Positions 40,649 through 54,467 of a DNA stretch of 64,000 bases are shown here, in pieces. The stretch spans positions 79,925,741 to 79,989,740 of the forward strand of contig CM041465.1 in assembly GCA_023213395.1 (NCBI GenBank). Reading direction: 5' to 3'. This stretch comes from Cycas panzhihuaensis. Taxonomy: Eukaryota > Plantae > Cycadophyta. The position numbers were made by a program, and so were the translations under genes. The notes beneath the pieces are model-generated. The model was not told where the DNA came from, searched no databases, and worked only from the letters and a program-made list of their open reading frames with translations. Position 1 is the first letter of the stretch. Every line of letters starts with the position of its first letter.

Positions 40649-43600
40649 AGTAGTATTAGAGCTGAGCTATAAATAATCTGAGGCAATAAAACAAGATCAA
40701 GGAAAATCAAGAATACCAAAAGGGGGAAAAAATAGAAATTTTTTTCCTACAGTAAATTTTATAAATCTATATCCCTCATATTAATTTTTATTTTCTAGTT
40801 CTATTATAAATTTTTGAATCTTAGCAACAAGCTACAAGTAGGAAATATACCCTCCCTCCCCTTCCCCTAGTTATTAGGTAGAGATCTTATGTCAGAGGTC
40901 TTTAAAAATCACAAGGATATGTCATTCTATACCAAGTGTACATGGGTATATAATTGCACATGAAGCGAAGCAGATAACACTGCTTATGTAGGCCTTATAC
41001 AAAATTTGGTTATAGAATTAAGCCTTTACCTATCTTCAAGTACATTAGAAGACCGTTTTTAGGTCCCTTTACCTTACCTAGTTATAAGAAAAGTGTTGAT
41101 TACCTATCTTTTGTAGTATATTGCTTAGCAATTAGTGCTAAGAAACTACCCTTTCCAAACACCTATGCACAACTTTCATGGCTATGAGTATAGACATCCT
41201 CTATAGTTAGTGTCATGAGATATTAGGTCAAGCATAAGTAACTATATAAAAGTTTATTAAGGGGCTTATGGAATTAGGTAATCCTATGTCAAATTTAGTA
41301 GGTTGCCTTCTATATTAATTAATGATATTATACTTTTAAATCTATTAAGACTATTGTACTTTCATGAGATGACCACTATACTTCTAAAAAGTATTAAATC
41401 TACAATACCCCTACACCTTAAGTAATAAAACTAAACTATAAAATTCTAGAATAAAATAATGACAATAAATTTGATAGCATCAACAACACCAACTTGTATT
41501 ATAGAGCTAACATCAACATATTTCTAAACATAACAACATGATATCATTGGCCTATATTATATAAATGACATTAAAATATTTAAAGGACTCATGTCCAAAC
41601 CTTCAACCTCATTTTTGAACCCTACACCCAAACTCTCCATCTAGCATCCACTTACCATTAACCAAAAAAAAAAAAAATGCCATCACTTAGTCTACATGGT
41701 CATTTAAGGAAATACTTACTTAATTTAGACAAAACCTACACTAGTAGACTCTAAACAAGAAAGAAAAAAAGTATGTCAAGTCAAAAGTTTACCCTAGTCA
41801 TATATACATCTTATTTTAATTAGTGTGTTATGCTAATTATTTTGGACTAGGTCACTCTTAACTCATATTTTTAGTCAAAATTAGTCGATGAATTCCATTA
41901 GTTGAAAATTTACACATAATCTTACCCACATCACCCTGATGAGCTCATTGCAGTACCTTAAATTGGATTATTACCAAATTTTTGGGGGAAATTACCTATA
42001 GTCACCCTGTCCAAGTATATTTGTACCACAAAGGTCAGTAGGCTATAGACACCTCTACAACCCCTATCCCCATTTATATCACTCCCTAGTCCTTTATTCT
42101 CTCTTTCTCTACCTATTTCTATTTTCATGAAATACCCTTCTTCTAGATCTATTCCCCTTTTCTTAATTTCCCTTCACACTTCTTGTAAAGCTAGGTTATT
42201 CTTCAATGGCATCTAAGTGTTAGAAACTTTGAGGGAATTTCTCAAAGCATAATTGAACTAATATAGGAAGTGATAGAGTTAAGGTAGAACATATAATAGA
42301 CACGATATCATAATGACTAGAGATAAGAGAACATGGACCAAAAACTTAATAAGATGCTTTGATAACTGTCAACTAACTCTAATAACTCATCCACCTATAA
42401 CTGAAAAGACCCCTCACCACCAGCTACTAGATTGCCACCCCCTCTATGATCAAGACAACTACAATTCAATCATAAGATTATAGTCCTAACTTTTGACCTT
42501 AATCTCAATAGGATTCTTCATGTAGTTGGATCAATAAGTTGAAGTCCTACTTCTCCTTGAATCTTATGTCCTCAATAGACTAAATAACATTTGTCTTAAT
42601 CCATCTAGATAGGAAAGCATACTAATGATTTTGTGAGTGGTAGCATGAGAATCCATTCATCCAAACATGGGGTCAATCTTGTCAGAATTATTTTGAAAAA
42701 CATGATGACACCTTGAATAAATCCTTCTTTATCTAACTCATATAATTGAAGCAGATAACATTAATAGAGACCTACACAAATGAATTTTAAGTATTATACA
42801 TCTAGGTTCTCTATTCATTTAATTAAGACATGCTTATTGACATCTATGTGTTAGGACTCAAGGAGCATATCTTATATGCCTAAAGGTTATATCCTTATTT
42901 AGCCTAAGGTCGGCCATATCCAAAGCCAAAGTAGTTGAGGTTGAGTCTGCAACTGAGTAGAAAACAACATTTAGATGAGATTCCATATGGTATCAATGAT
43001 TTGTTTTTTTTAACTAATAGTAGCAATGACTCAAAATTGAGGAAATATAATGATTAGCCACATAACCAATATTAAACCCAATAAATATAATAATAATGAA
43101 AGTAAATTAACATATAAAAGCTACCTATATGTGAAGTATTTAAAGAAATGGGTCCCTAAACACATGAAGGTTTGCAGAGCAAAGCAAATGATCTTTATAA
43201 TTGGCCATATCCTTGATGAGGACTTTTATTCTAAGAATGAACCTGATGAAGATTCCCCCTAAGAATTCCTTCTTAATACCTAACTAGAAGTTTGCTTAGT
43301 TACCATATTATCTACATCCTACTTAAAACCCCTCTAAGTAAAAGGATAAATCAAGAAAATCCTTATTGCAATCTTGATCAATAGTGGTGTATCATTAAAT
43401 TTCATTTACATTTTCTTAGTAAGATAACTAAACCTTTATATTTTACCTATTTCTTACTAGGCCACTAAACCTTGCATTGTGTTAGTGCTATAAAAAAAAT
43501 GTGATGGTCCATATTAGTTCTTATCACCTAGTCAACAATTTTTATGCATTATCTAAAAGAGGATTTGATGGAATCCTTGGAGTTTAATGGCTCTAAATAC

Positions 43601-43975
43601 TTGGTATATATAGTACCAATAACTGTCCTAATAATTGTTTCATCTTGCATAAGGACCATTTGGGCCAAACTCATAAGTTTCATTGTATCTAGTCTTCCCC
43701 CAACAAAGTCATCTTCTCAAATTAATTATGGAAGCACTTGACTAATAATCTTGGATACATAGTTCATATTAATAATATCTAACCTCAATAGTCCATTCAC
43801 TTAGATATTCAAGCTCTCTTATCTAAGTACCAATTTTTATTTACTCTATCAAATTAAAAAATACCTACAATCCCATTAGCCTAAGGCCCTATCTAAATTT
43901 GTATTTCTAGGAAAATAAAATTGAGAAAAATATTAAAAAATTAATGGATATAAGTATTATCTAGCCTAGTAAAAG

Positions 43976-44273
43976 TGAAAAGAGTGGATCTGTCCTTCAT
44001 CTCCATGAACTAAATATAAAGGCAAATATAGGAGTAAGAGAGACTTAAGAGAAAGAGAGTAGCTCTCATAAAATGGGGAGGTAAGAATGAGCCTCCTCCA
44101 GTGAGCTTTTACTTTTATATTGAGAGAGGGAGCATTAGAGTTAGGTGAAATGAAATTATACATAATATGCATGAAAGTGCACTTTACTTAAGTGATCTAA
44201 TTTAAAGTTTACTTAAGATCCTTTTTAGAAATAATCAACTAATGTAATGACCTTGTGATATTAATCTATTTTA
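43976..44273 (-). repeat. 3' LTR of Copia
   Basis: About 37 substitutions versus 56224-56521 by manual count. Confidence 0.93.
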
Positions 44274-47200
44274 ATCTCCCCCTTAATGGTAGAAGGTCAT
44301 TTCATCCTATTTTATTTTATCTTATAAGGTCTTCATTTGAGCCTCTTACAAAGTAAACTAATATGACACTTTTGTAGAAAACCCTCATAGAGAAGAAAAC
44401 CCACAGACTTTCTAATCTACTAACCTAGCTCAAGCAACTCTTTAAATGAAGCTAGATAGCCAATCGGTACAATGAATTTTGTAGCTAAAATCTATTATGT
44501 ATCCATATACCATTTGGTCATCTCCCATGCCCTTTCGGGTTTTTATAGGTTTTAATTTTCTAAAATGATACAACCTTTATCATTTTGCGCCCACAAGGGG
44601 TTTTCACAAATGGGATAGAGTAGAGACTTACTCTTATCCTTCTACGCCTACAAGGGGTTTTCATAAATAAGACAGAGTATGATTGTCCTTTTTTCATCTC
44701 CTTCAATCAATTAGAGATAGAGGCCTTAAGGCTGACTTGCCTTTAGAACTGTTCAAACTTCACCCTCTTCAGTGGTTTGGTGAAGATATCAGCCATTTAA
44801 TCTGTTGTAGGGTAGTACTATAGTTGAATTATGCCATCATGAACTAGTTCTCTAATCCTGTAGGCTTTTGTACTTATATGTTTGGTATGATCATGAAATA
44901 CAAGATTTTTAGCCATTTAGATTGTAGAGTGATTATCTACATATAAGCTAGTAGAACTTGTTTGGATGGCATTTAATATATTCAATAATTTTGTAAGCTA
45001 TATTACCTCCTTGCTTGTCTCAAAATCAGTAATATATTCAACTTCAGAAGTTGAGTCTATAACTATCTTCTACCGTCTAAATCTTCATGATATTAGTGTT
45101 ATTCCAAAAAATGTTACGTACCTAGACATAGATCTTCCTATGTCTTTATCTCTAGCAAAGTTTGAGTCTATGTATGCATAAAGTTTAAATTATGCATTAG
45201 TTTACACAATAAACTATATTTATTGGTCCTCTTTAGGTACCTCAACATTCATATTGCAGCTTGCTAGTGATTCTACTTAGGATTTATCATGAATCTTGTA
45301 AGAATGTTGATAGAGTATATAATATCTAGCCTTGTGTTGGTAGTATAGATGAGACTACCTACAGGTTTTCTATAGAGTATTGTATCTACCTCCCTAGTAT
45401 CACCATTAGCTGAGAGTTTAATATTAGGTTCCATAGGTATAGCAACTAGTCAAGTACCTTCCAACTGAAACTTTGTTAGAATATCGTTGATATATTTTTC
45501 TTGGGAGAAATTTTTTTTTCCATTCTTTTGAGTTACTTCAATTTCCAAGTAATATTTCATCAACTCGAGGTTAGATAATTCAAAAAAATTGGCAAGGTCC
45601 TTCTTCAATTGACTAATTACTATTCATTATTTCCCATTATTAGCATATCATCCACAAAGATTAGGAGGTAACTGATTTTATCATTTTGGCGCTTGATGAA
45701 TAATGTTCCATCAATATCTTGATAGTTACAAACCTCATATCCAAGTTGTCGCATTCTTTTAGACAACTTAATAAATCAAGCATGAGGGGCTTATTTTAGG
45801 TTGTACAAGGACTTTTTGAGCCTATAAACCTTATGCTCCTGATAGATAATCTCGTATCCTTTACTTGAGTTGTGTAAATTTCTTCTTTAAGGTCCACATT
45901 AAGAAATGTAGTCTTAACATCGAGTTAGTGGATTTTCTAATCTTATTGAGTAGCCAAGGCTATAAGAGTTCTGATTGTAGGCCACTTGGTTATAAGAGCA
46001 AAGATTTCAGTGTAGTTGATGCCTTCTCTTTGCATGAATCCTTTTGATACCAATCTCGCCTTATTTTTTTCTAGGGTACCATTTGATCTGTACTTATTTT
46101 TTAACACTCATTTGTTTTAAACTATCTTTTTTCCAAGTAGTATATCAACAAGCTCCAATGTATCATTTTTTATAAAAGATTGGTACTCTTCATTCATGGA
46201 ATTTCTCCAAGTTGTATGTTTTACAACTTCTTAGTATGTTAGGGGCTCTTCATTAAGAGTAAGGAGCAATTCTGGTAGTTCAAGCTCAATAGAAAGTGAT
46301 TCATGAATCCTTGCTCTATGGGTACTTCTAGTACCAATTTTGCCTACCTCATTTAGTCGCATGTCCTTATGTTGTTGGTAGGCTTCACGAAAACCTTGAG
46401 TTGGGAATGAGGTTTTTATTTTCATATCCTCTTGGTCTTCATTTTAATCTTAAAAAGGATTATATGAAATGTTTGGCATGGAGGAAATTGACGATGTTGG
46501 AGAAGATTGACCAGCCACTTATGTTAGAGAAGGTGGTCCTTCTACTATGGCTTTATCTTTGTTAACTTGGTTATTCTCAAATAATAGTGTTAGATATACA
46601 CACATTGGTTGGGAATCATAACTTGTATCCTTTGAGGCTCTATTGTTAGATTCCAAGATTTTAAGAAACTATTGAGTATCTCCCCCCCTAAATTTTAGAA
46701 TTTGGATATCAAATTTAGTAGCATCATTAAATCGATATGAAGGTATCTTAGAGTTAAGTCTGAGTAATTGATCTTTAGTCTCTATAAAGATAACATCTCT
46801 AGTGATGATGATTTTACACTACGAGGGTAGAAAAACCTTGTATCCCTTTTTATCTATAGGGTATTTAACAAAGATGCCTTTGAGGGCTCTATCTTAGAGC
46901 TTATTTCTATATTCCTCTAGAATGTGAGCATAATAAGTAGAGCCAAAAATTTTGAAGTGGGAGATAGATGGGGTTTGTTTATACCACATTTCATGTAGAG
47001 AGGGGCCGAGCTTGGAGGGATTAATAGTGTTGATGTAATACACTATAGTCTAGATAGCCTCAACCTAAAGATAGACAGGGACATTCTTATATACCATCAT
47101 ATCACGAGCTATGTTCATGATGGTCCTGTTCATGTGCTTGGCAACTCTATTTTGCTGGGGCATACCTATAACGATGGTATAATATTTAATTTTATGGTGA

Positions 47201-48929
47201 TGTAGGTATGATTTAAAGTCATTAGAAGTGTACTCGCCACCATTGTTAGTCCTAAGTATTATGATCTTAAATCTAGATTCATTTTCTATGCAGGCCTTGA
47301 AAGTTTGAAACATAAAAAAAAGGCTTTATCTTTCTTTGTAAGGAAAGCAACCCATACTTTCTTGGTAAAATCATCAATAAAAGTAATATAATACCACTTC
47401 TATTTGAGAGAAGGGATAGACATAGGACCATATATATTTGAGTGTACAAGTTGTAAAGGTTAGTTAGATTTCCACTGACTATGAGGAAAGGGTTGTTTTT
47501 GAGATTTGGAAATGATATATGCTTCACATTTGAAGGGCTTAGAGGAGAGCCTAGGCATACCAGGAAGAGTGACATGTAGTTCTCTTAAATGATCAATTTT
47601 GATATGGCCTATATAAGCATGCCATAGAGCTACTTGGGACAACTTTTGAGGAGTTAGGGTTGTGGTAAAAGTAGAGTCATCATCAACATAATTAGCTTTA
47701 GAAGATGGTGAGCCAGTTAGGTGAACAAGTTTGCCATTAAGAATTTTAGTCATAACCACATCATTTGAAGGAGGTTGAATGACATAGAGAGTTTGATTAT
47801 TTGTAGTTACACATAGATGAAATCCATGTGAAACAAAGGTGGATAAAGAGAGTAGCTTCTACTTCATAGTAGGAATATATAAAACATCAATAAGGGTAAA
47901 ATCTGGGAGGCCTAGGAGTTTTAGGCAAATAGTTCCAAGCCCTTCGACTGGTTGAGATGATTTGTCAGCAATGTGTACAATACCATGAACTTCAGAGTCA
48001 AAATCCTGAAAGAACTGATGATGACAAATCATATGTTGTGTTTCTCTAGTATCCATGATCCAAGATGAAGTATTTGAGGTGGCACTATTTGTAACTACAA
48101 GTGGTGAAAGTAAAAGTAAATAAGCATAGCCACAATGAGCCTCAATATACTTAGTGGATCTATCAATGACATTTGATGAAGTAGTCCTAATTCTTTGAAG
48201 GTGTGCATAAGTAAATTACATTCTACCAAAGGCATCTTCAAAAGAAGTATTATCAACATTATGTGTACCATAGTACTATTGATAGCTTCGTGGTTTGTTG
48301 GTGGTAGTTTTATAATTTTTGGCATAGCGTCCTTTTCTATGATACATTTGGCACACAATTATTTAATTTCTAGTCCCATAAAAAGTATTGGGTTAGTTGG
48401 ATTGTCTCTGATTACTAGATCTAGGTTTAGGTTGATTATTTTAGCCTTGGCCTTGAGACTATTTTTGTTGGAGTTGAGGAGCTTGTTGACCAAGAGGACA
48501 TTGTCTTTGTTGTCTACCTCTGCCTCTTCTATGGGAATTACCACCTCTACGAGAGTATTAAATTTGATTTTTGGTATAAACAATATATTTTTCCACTTCA
48601 AAAGCAACATCGGCTAGATCTGATGTAGTAGAAAAGTTAGTATCAAAGGTCTTATCAAATTCAATAAACTTACCAATAAGAGCCTCAAAGTTTAGGGTCT
48701 TGAAAGTGCCACTAGATTGAAGATTTCCCAGTAGATTTTTGTAATCTAGAATATGGAGATATGAATGAATTAAGAAAGCTTATGTAATGCATTAAGTTTT
48801 GAAATCTTTATCAATGGATTGCTTGATTAGATGAAAGGGATTGATTGTCTCACTTGTGTATCCCTTTTGCATTTTCAATTTATTCATCTTCAACACTAAG
48901 TGAACAAATTCTAAGTCTAATTTAGTGTC

Positions 48930-49301
48930 TGTTAGAAATAATGTTTAATGTGTAATGTGTGTGGGTCCTAGGATAATAAGTGATAGTCCTAAGTCTTAGG
49001 GTCAAAGGTCATTATAATACTGTGTAAAAGGATATAAGTTTATTAGTCAAGTTAGTGGTGTAATGTTATTGGTCAAGACAAAGGTATTTGTCCTACATGC
49101 ATTACTTGGGATGTATAGTCTCCCATCTCTTTGGTATATAAAGGTGGTTGAGGTAGTATATAATGACATCACATCATCAAGGCTCATATCGAGTCTTTGG
49201 TGCTTTTGGTATGTTAATACATTCTGATTATATTGTGTTAATCTCTGTTGATATTATTGATATTACTGTTGATGAGTGTTCTCCATGTTAAAAACTTAAC
49301 A
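48930..49301 (+). repeat. 5' LTR
   Basis: TG...CA, followed by PBS. Confidence 0.95.
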
Positions 49302-49998
49302 TGGTATCAGAGCAGGTTGTGTGTTGAGGACATTGAAGTGTTGGGTCAGCTGACAGATTGAAGATTTAAGAGGTCCTTCCGGTACATCGAGAGAAGGTTC
49401 ACCACTTGTTGATCTGCATGGAGGAGGCTCTGTTAAACCATTTGACAGTTTGTGATTCTACTTGCAAAGGGTGAATCTACAAGGCCATTATTGTTACATA
49501 CTGTGCCACGTATTGATCGACAGAATCTTACCAGGTAATATCACTCTTTACTTTGTTAGCCCTATGAAGAAATTTGTTCAGCTTGTATAGTATAAGTGAG
49601 ATTTTGCATAATAAATATTTGTTAGGGTCTGTACTGAAAATCATTAAGGCTCTGGACGATGGAGATTGAAAAAAGTTACCTAATTCTGATTCTATATGAA
49701 TAAAATTTATGAATGAACCCTACTCACTTGTATAGAAACACTACTAATTGTTGTGTCACCAGTCAGAGATTGTGTTATAGTTGTTATCCCCTGCTAGTTG
49801 AGTGTTTCATGCAAACAGGTGAGTCATTGAAAGGCTAAATCAAAATTGTAGAAGGCTCAAGCATGATTCACTGTGGAATACATAGTAACAAAAGAATAAT
49901 AGAATGACGATGGTGAAACCTTGACTGTAACTGTAAAGCTGGTTACTCATCTATCCTGCAGAGCCAAATCCCAACTCTGTGATAAAGAAAGTCTGCTA

Positions 49999-50367
49999 CT
50001 ATGCAGACTCAATTGACTTACGGGCATAGCGTCGGACCCTCCTGTTGTATGCCTGAATATCATTCTGATACAATTGAGTTGCTTCAGGATTTACAGCACT
50101 AGCCAGATTAGGGTCCGTAAGTAGAGACTAAATTGATGTCAGTATGGTATAAACATTATGGCAGGGTGACCAGGCATCTTGAATTATGTCTATACATAGA
50201 GTTCCATCATGGTATACTTCCCACGGAGTCTCATCGGGTCCAAAGATAGTGATGCCCCAAACGAATCGATTTTCTTCTGCATGCAGGCTAGCGCTACACC
50301 CCTCAAGAGGCTTGTTCCTAATTGCCTTCAGATTAGACATCAGCCGAAGCTGCTCAGAGGACGACAT
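49999..50367 (-). pseudogene. Processed retrocopy of a RAD6-class ubiquitin-conjugating enzyme E2, lacking one internal segment
   Basis: MSSSEQLRLMSNLKAIRNKPLEGCSAS..FVWGITIFGPDETPWE|VYHDGTLCIDIIQDAWSPCHNVYTILTSI*SLLTDPNLASAVNPEATQLYQNDIQAYNRRVRRYARKSIESA*. Catalytic Cys present; CAG>TAG at 50128-50130; G..F..HPN block absent; no introns. Confidence 0.93.
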
Positions 50368-51888
50368 TCTAATCGCCAAAATGAGGGTTTAAATTAAGAC
50401 TTCATTAAAAGACGAGATTCCCGAGCACAAGCAGCACCAGGTTACCCACCGTGAAAATCTGTGAGACGTTGAAATTGGTTTTGTTGGCTGAAGCCTGTCA
50501 GATCTTTAAAAATTCACTTGTATGCCTTTATCGTTTCGAGGGTCTTTGAAATACGCACTGAACCCCTCAACAAAACACAAATACAAGGACTCATACGAAT
50601 CGAACCTTAGCCCCTTCAGCCTCCCAACAATCCCCCTCTGCTTCTTCTTCCTCCTCCTCCTCCCCACTGCAAACACGATTTTCAGAAGAACAACACGAGG
50701 ACAATCATATAGCAGAGCTTCCCTGTATGTGAGATGGATCGCCCGATCTATGTTTAGTTGAGCCAGCGAGATTAGAAGAAGTCTACATGTAGGAGTCTCG
50801 CTAGAGGATAAATTTTGATTCATTGCAGGTTCTTCTGTGTGCTTAAGAGTGAGTTACCTATTCAGAACCACCATTTTTCTGTATGTGTGAAGATGGTTCC
50901 ATAGAGCCAAGCGCAGGTTGTGGATCCATTTACAGAGATTCCAGCTAGGATCATAATTAATGCAAAACAGATCATTATTGGTTGCAGCCTCCAGTTGCCA
51001 AACAAAGATCTGTAGACACACTTGTGTATGATTAAGGAAGATGCACTATCGTCCAGCCATGCAAACGGAGGAGACACCAAACCCTATCACTGTCACGTGA
51101 TCACGGAGAACCTGTATACATGGAATAATTTTCATATGTCAAGGTTGAGCTTGCAGCCGTGGTGATTGAGTAGGCATGGCCTCTGTTGCTCATTAGGTGC
51201 ACTAGCAAGTTGTGAATAAACGTAGCAGTCAAAACTGTTGAATCTGTAGCGTGAAGAAGGACACCAGATAGGGCAAAGGTTGAAGTTATAGTGTTTTAAA
51301 ACGTCAAGTTAATCTACCTCGGTGGAGACCAAGTTGCAACTAGTGATTACACCTCATTTTGAGTTTACAGAGTTACCGTGAATGGAGTGAAACCAAACAT
51401 CTAGCGAAGGCATAAATAGAAGGAAATTGTAGATCACCTCGTTGTTAAAATCGTTTCTCGCAGAGTCACTGATATGTTTAGCCTTATTTCATACAAGTTT
51501 AGAGGTATTTCTTAATAATACTTCACCTTCCTTGAGTTGTTTGTACAGGCTACATCAATCTTGGACCCTGAGAGTTCTAGCTAGAAGTGGACAACCACCT
51601 TGAGATGCCGTAGAGAGCCTAAGCAAAAAGGTGAGATCAAAAGACCACCTTCTTGTTGCATGCACCTTTTCCTCTACTGAGGCACAGATCCTGGAGACAA
51701 TCATAAGTGGCATTCATGGAGAAAGCAATCATAACCACCCTCCTGACTTATAAGTGGAAATGCGTTGTGTGACAAATCAGAGAATGAAACATTACCCAGT
51801 ATTCAGGTTTTAGTATTTTTTCATTGATTTGATAGATCTTCTTTTGGCTGAAGTGGATACATTTTTCTAATCCTCTCATTTATACATC

Positions 51889-52224
51889 ATGGAGTTGAGT
51901 GACGTCATAGTCTTTGTGCTTAAAAGAAATGAATATTGGCTATCAGGTCTTTGTTTTTCTCTACCTAAATACACTGGAACTAATTTTCATTTTTGGAAAA
52001 TTAGGATGGAAAGTCTATTTGTAGTGAAGAAACTTTGGAAAACAGTCATGGGGACTGAAATGGCTCACAAAGAAGGGGAGGTAATCTTCAAAAGGAAAAA
52101 TAGAATTGTTATTAACATGATACTTGCAGCCATTGATAAAGATAATCTCCCATCTGCCTATCACTTCATTATTCAGGTTCTACAGAATATGGACTCGGCT
52201 GAGGATGCTTGGAAACTCTTGTAA
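51889..52224 (+). pseudogene. Copia gag N-terminal fragment
   Basis: LPKYTGTNFHFWKIRMESLF..LWKTV.G..SAEDAWKLL, typical of Copia gag N-termini. Confidence 0.8.
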
Positions 52225-53384
52225 GTGAATGAAAAAGGACCTAAAGAAATACAGCAGCAGAGAATCAAAAGGGCAAAGAATCAGAGGAAGAAGTTGAAGA
52301 GGAAAGGAAAAAGGGAAAAGCAGCGTGACAAAGCCACAAGTCTCATAAAGGAACCAGTTCTGGAGGTTGAGGATTTTAGGTATCAATCTTTACCGATAAC
52401 AGTTCGTTGGGTCATGAGTTGCCTAACGAAAGGTATGGATAATGTTATCCTAGTTTGTGTTGACAGGATGGTAGGAAGAATTCAATTGGTAACAGGTCAT
52501 ATAGTGATTTGCATGTATTGGAAAATATCCATGATCTCCCTCAACTCAGTTACATTCTCCACTCTCACCCTTGAGAAGATTAAAATTATAATAGCATATC
52601 CTAGAGCGACACTAGAAAGTTGTTCTCAAAGGAACATAAGGAGGATATCATGTCACCAGGATCTTGCTTATCAAATTCATATTCCCTTTTGGATAGGTTA
52701 CCTGATTATGAAAGTCAATTAGATTGAAATAATGTTCCATGTATGCATATCCATAATCAGGAAGCATATGCATGAGAGTATCATAGAAATACTCATTATA
52801 CTTAGTTCGTGGAACCCTTAGAGTGAGACAGAGAAAGCAAGGTACATCACATGGATTACAGGAACTCGACTCAATAAATCCATTACTTTAGGGGAGGATA
52901 ATGATGTCTTACCAGTTGGTAACTCATTGTTGCATTTGGATAATGATGATATTGTTAACATCTACTTTGGTCACTCACATACTGAAGAAGAGAGAAGTAA
53001 ACAGGTGATAGAAGACATATTTGAAAGACACCTTGAAGATATCATTGATAAATATATACAGGATCATTTTGAATTATCCATGTTTCACTACTTGCTTTGC
53101 ATGTCCAAGGATTCTCAATTATGTATGAAGTTGAAAGAAGCAAAGCTCGAAGATCGTTAGTTAAAAGGACAGCTTCAGAAAGGACACTACAAGGTTGAAG
53201 ACCAAGACCATGCCTAAAACATGGTGTTTAAGACCCTTCCAAGATCAAGGCGGTGGAGATTCAAAGGAGACAAAGTGCATAAGAATTTGTTGACAGTCAT
53301 ATTGTCTTTAATATCTCAAATTCATATCAAGTGTCAATGTATGTCAAATTGTCCTTAGTTTAAACATTAAACATTAAGGGGAGG

Positions 53385-53757
53385 TGTTAGAAATAATGTT
53401 TAATGTGTAATGTGTGTGGGTCATAGGATAATAAGTAATAGTCCTAAGTCTTAGGGTCAAAAGGTTATTATAATACTATGTAAAAGGATATAAGTTTATT
53501 GGTCAAGTTAGTGGTGTAATGCTATTGGTCAGGACAAAGGTATTTGTCCCACATGCATTACTTGGGATGTATAGTCTCCCACCTCTTTGGTATATAAAGG
53601 TGGTTGAGGTAGTATATAATGACATCACATCATCAAGGCTCATATCGAGTCTTTGGTGCTTTGGGTACGTTAATACATTCTGATTATATTGTGTTAATCT
53701 CTGTTGATATTATTGATCTTGCTATTGATGAGTGTTCTCTATGTTAAAAACTTAATA
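53385..53757 (+). repeat. 3' LTR
   Basis: Preceded by PPT, followed by TSD. Confidence 0.95.
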
Positions 53758-54259
53758 GTGTCAAAGTTCTTCTTGAGAACTTCAAGAACTTTCCATATTG
53801 TATCATATACGACTTCATCAATGAGATCATGCAGGGAATAATTAGTGACAAGAAGTATCCCTGCATGGATTTTATTATCATAAAGTTTCCATTACCATTT
53901 GGCTACAACTTCAATGGGAGCAGTTGGAGCACCTCCTCTAAAAGTAGTTGTGGTAGTTATAGCAGTAACAAATGGTATAAGTTGTAAGTGATATCTCCAA
54001 AGACCTTTATACTTTATAGCATTTCTGTTACCTGTGAACTATATGTCCTAATTTTCTTTCCTTTTAATAATTTAGTTTACATTTTGCTTGAACTGTGAAG
54101 ACATAGTATCTTTTGAAAAGGGAAGAAATGAATAAGGGACTATAAAAGTGATGTCAATAAATGAATAATCACTATTTACAAATAGGAGATGCAATGAAGA
54201 TGTGTAGTAGAAGGAAGAAGAAGTGAGAATGGTTTCTCAAAGATGAAGGGAGTAACTTA

Positions 54260-54467
54260 GTGAAAATTCACCAATACTTGTGATAAATATCAACATGACA
54301 CAGTAGAAATATGAGAAACACTATGATGGAAATTGGCCACTAATACTTATGGCAAATATTAAGTTGACATAGTAGGAATATAAGAAGTACTATGATGAAA
54401 ATTGTCCACTAACACTTGTGGAAAATATTAACCTGATGCAGAAGGAATATGAGAAGCACTATGATTG
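54260..54467. repeat. Three ~68-bp tandem repeats in the Copia leader
   Basis: aatat(g/a)agaa..actatgat recurs at about 54310, 54378 and 54448. Confidence 0.8.

Larger units (their letters stand above)
48930..53757 (+). mobile_element. Young non-autonomous Copia-derived LTR element with captured host cDNA
   Basis: LTRs 48930-49301 and 53385-53757 (about 16 substitutions and 1 indel); perfect TSD GTGTC; PBS TGGTATCAGAGC 49302-49313; PPT aaggggagg 53376-53384; gag N-terminus only, no pol recognised. Confidence 0.96.

Noticed and set aside
43966-44172. Paralogous ORFs at 43966-44172 and 56238-56435
   Set aside because: They are the two LTRs of one Copia element.
48195-48617. 140-aa hydrophobic ORF as an env-like protein
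   Set aside because: It is the antisense shadow of the low-complexity gag region of the minus-strand Copia.
50506-50823. 105-aa ORF with a basic RRRRKKK tract
   Set aside because: Better explained as the purine-rich 5'UTR of the captured UBC mRNA.
54260-54467. CRISPR-like spaced repeats
   Set aside because: Whole units are diverged tandem copies without unique spacers; eukaryotic TE context and no cas genes.
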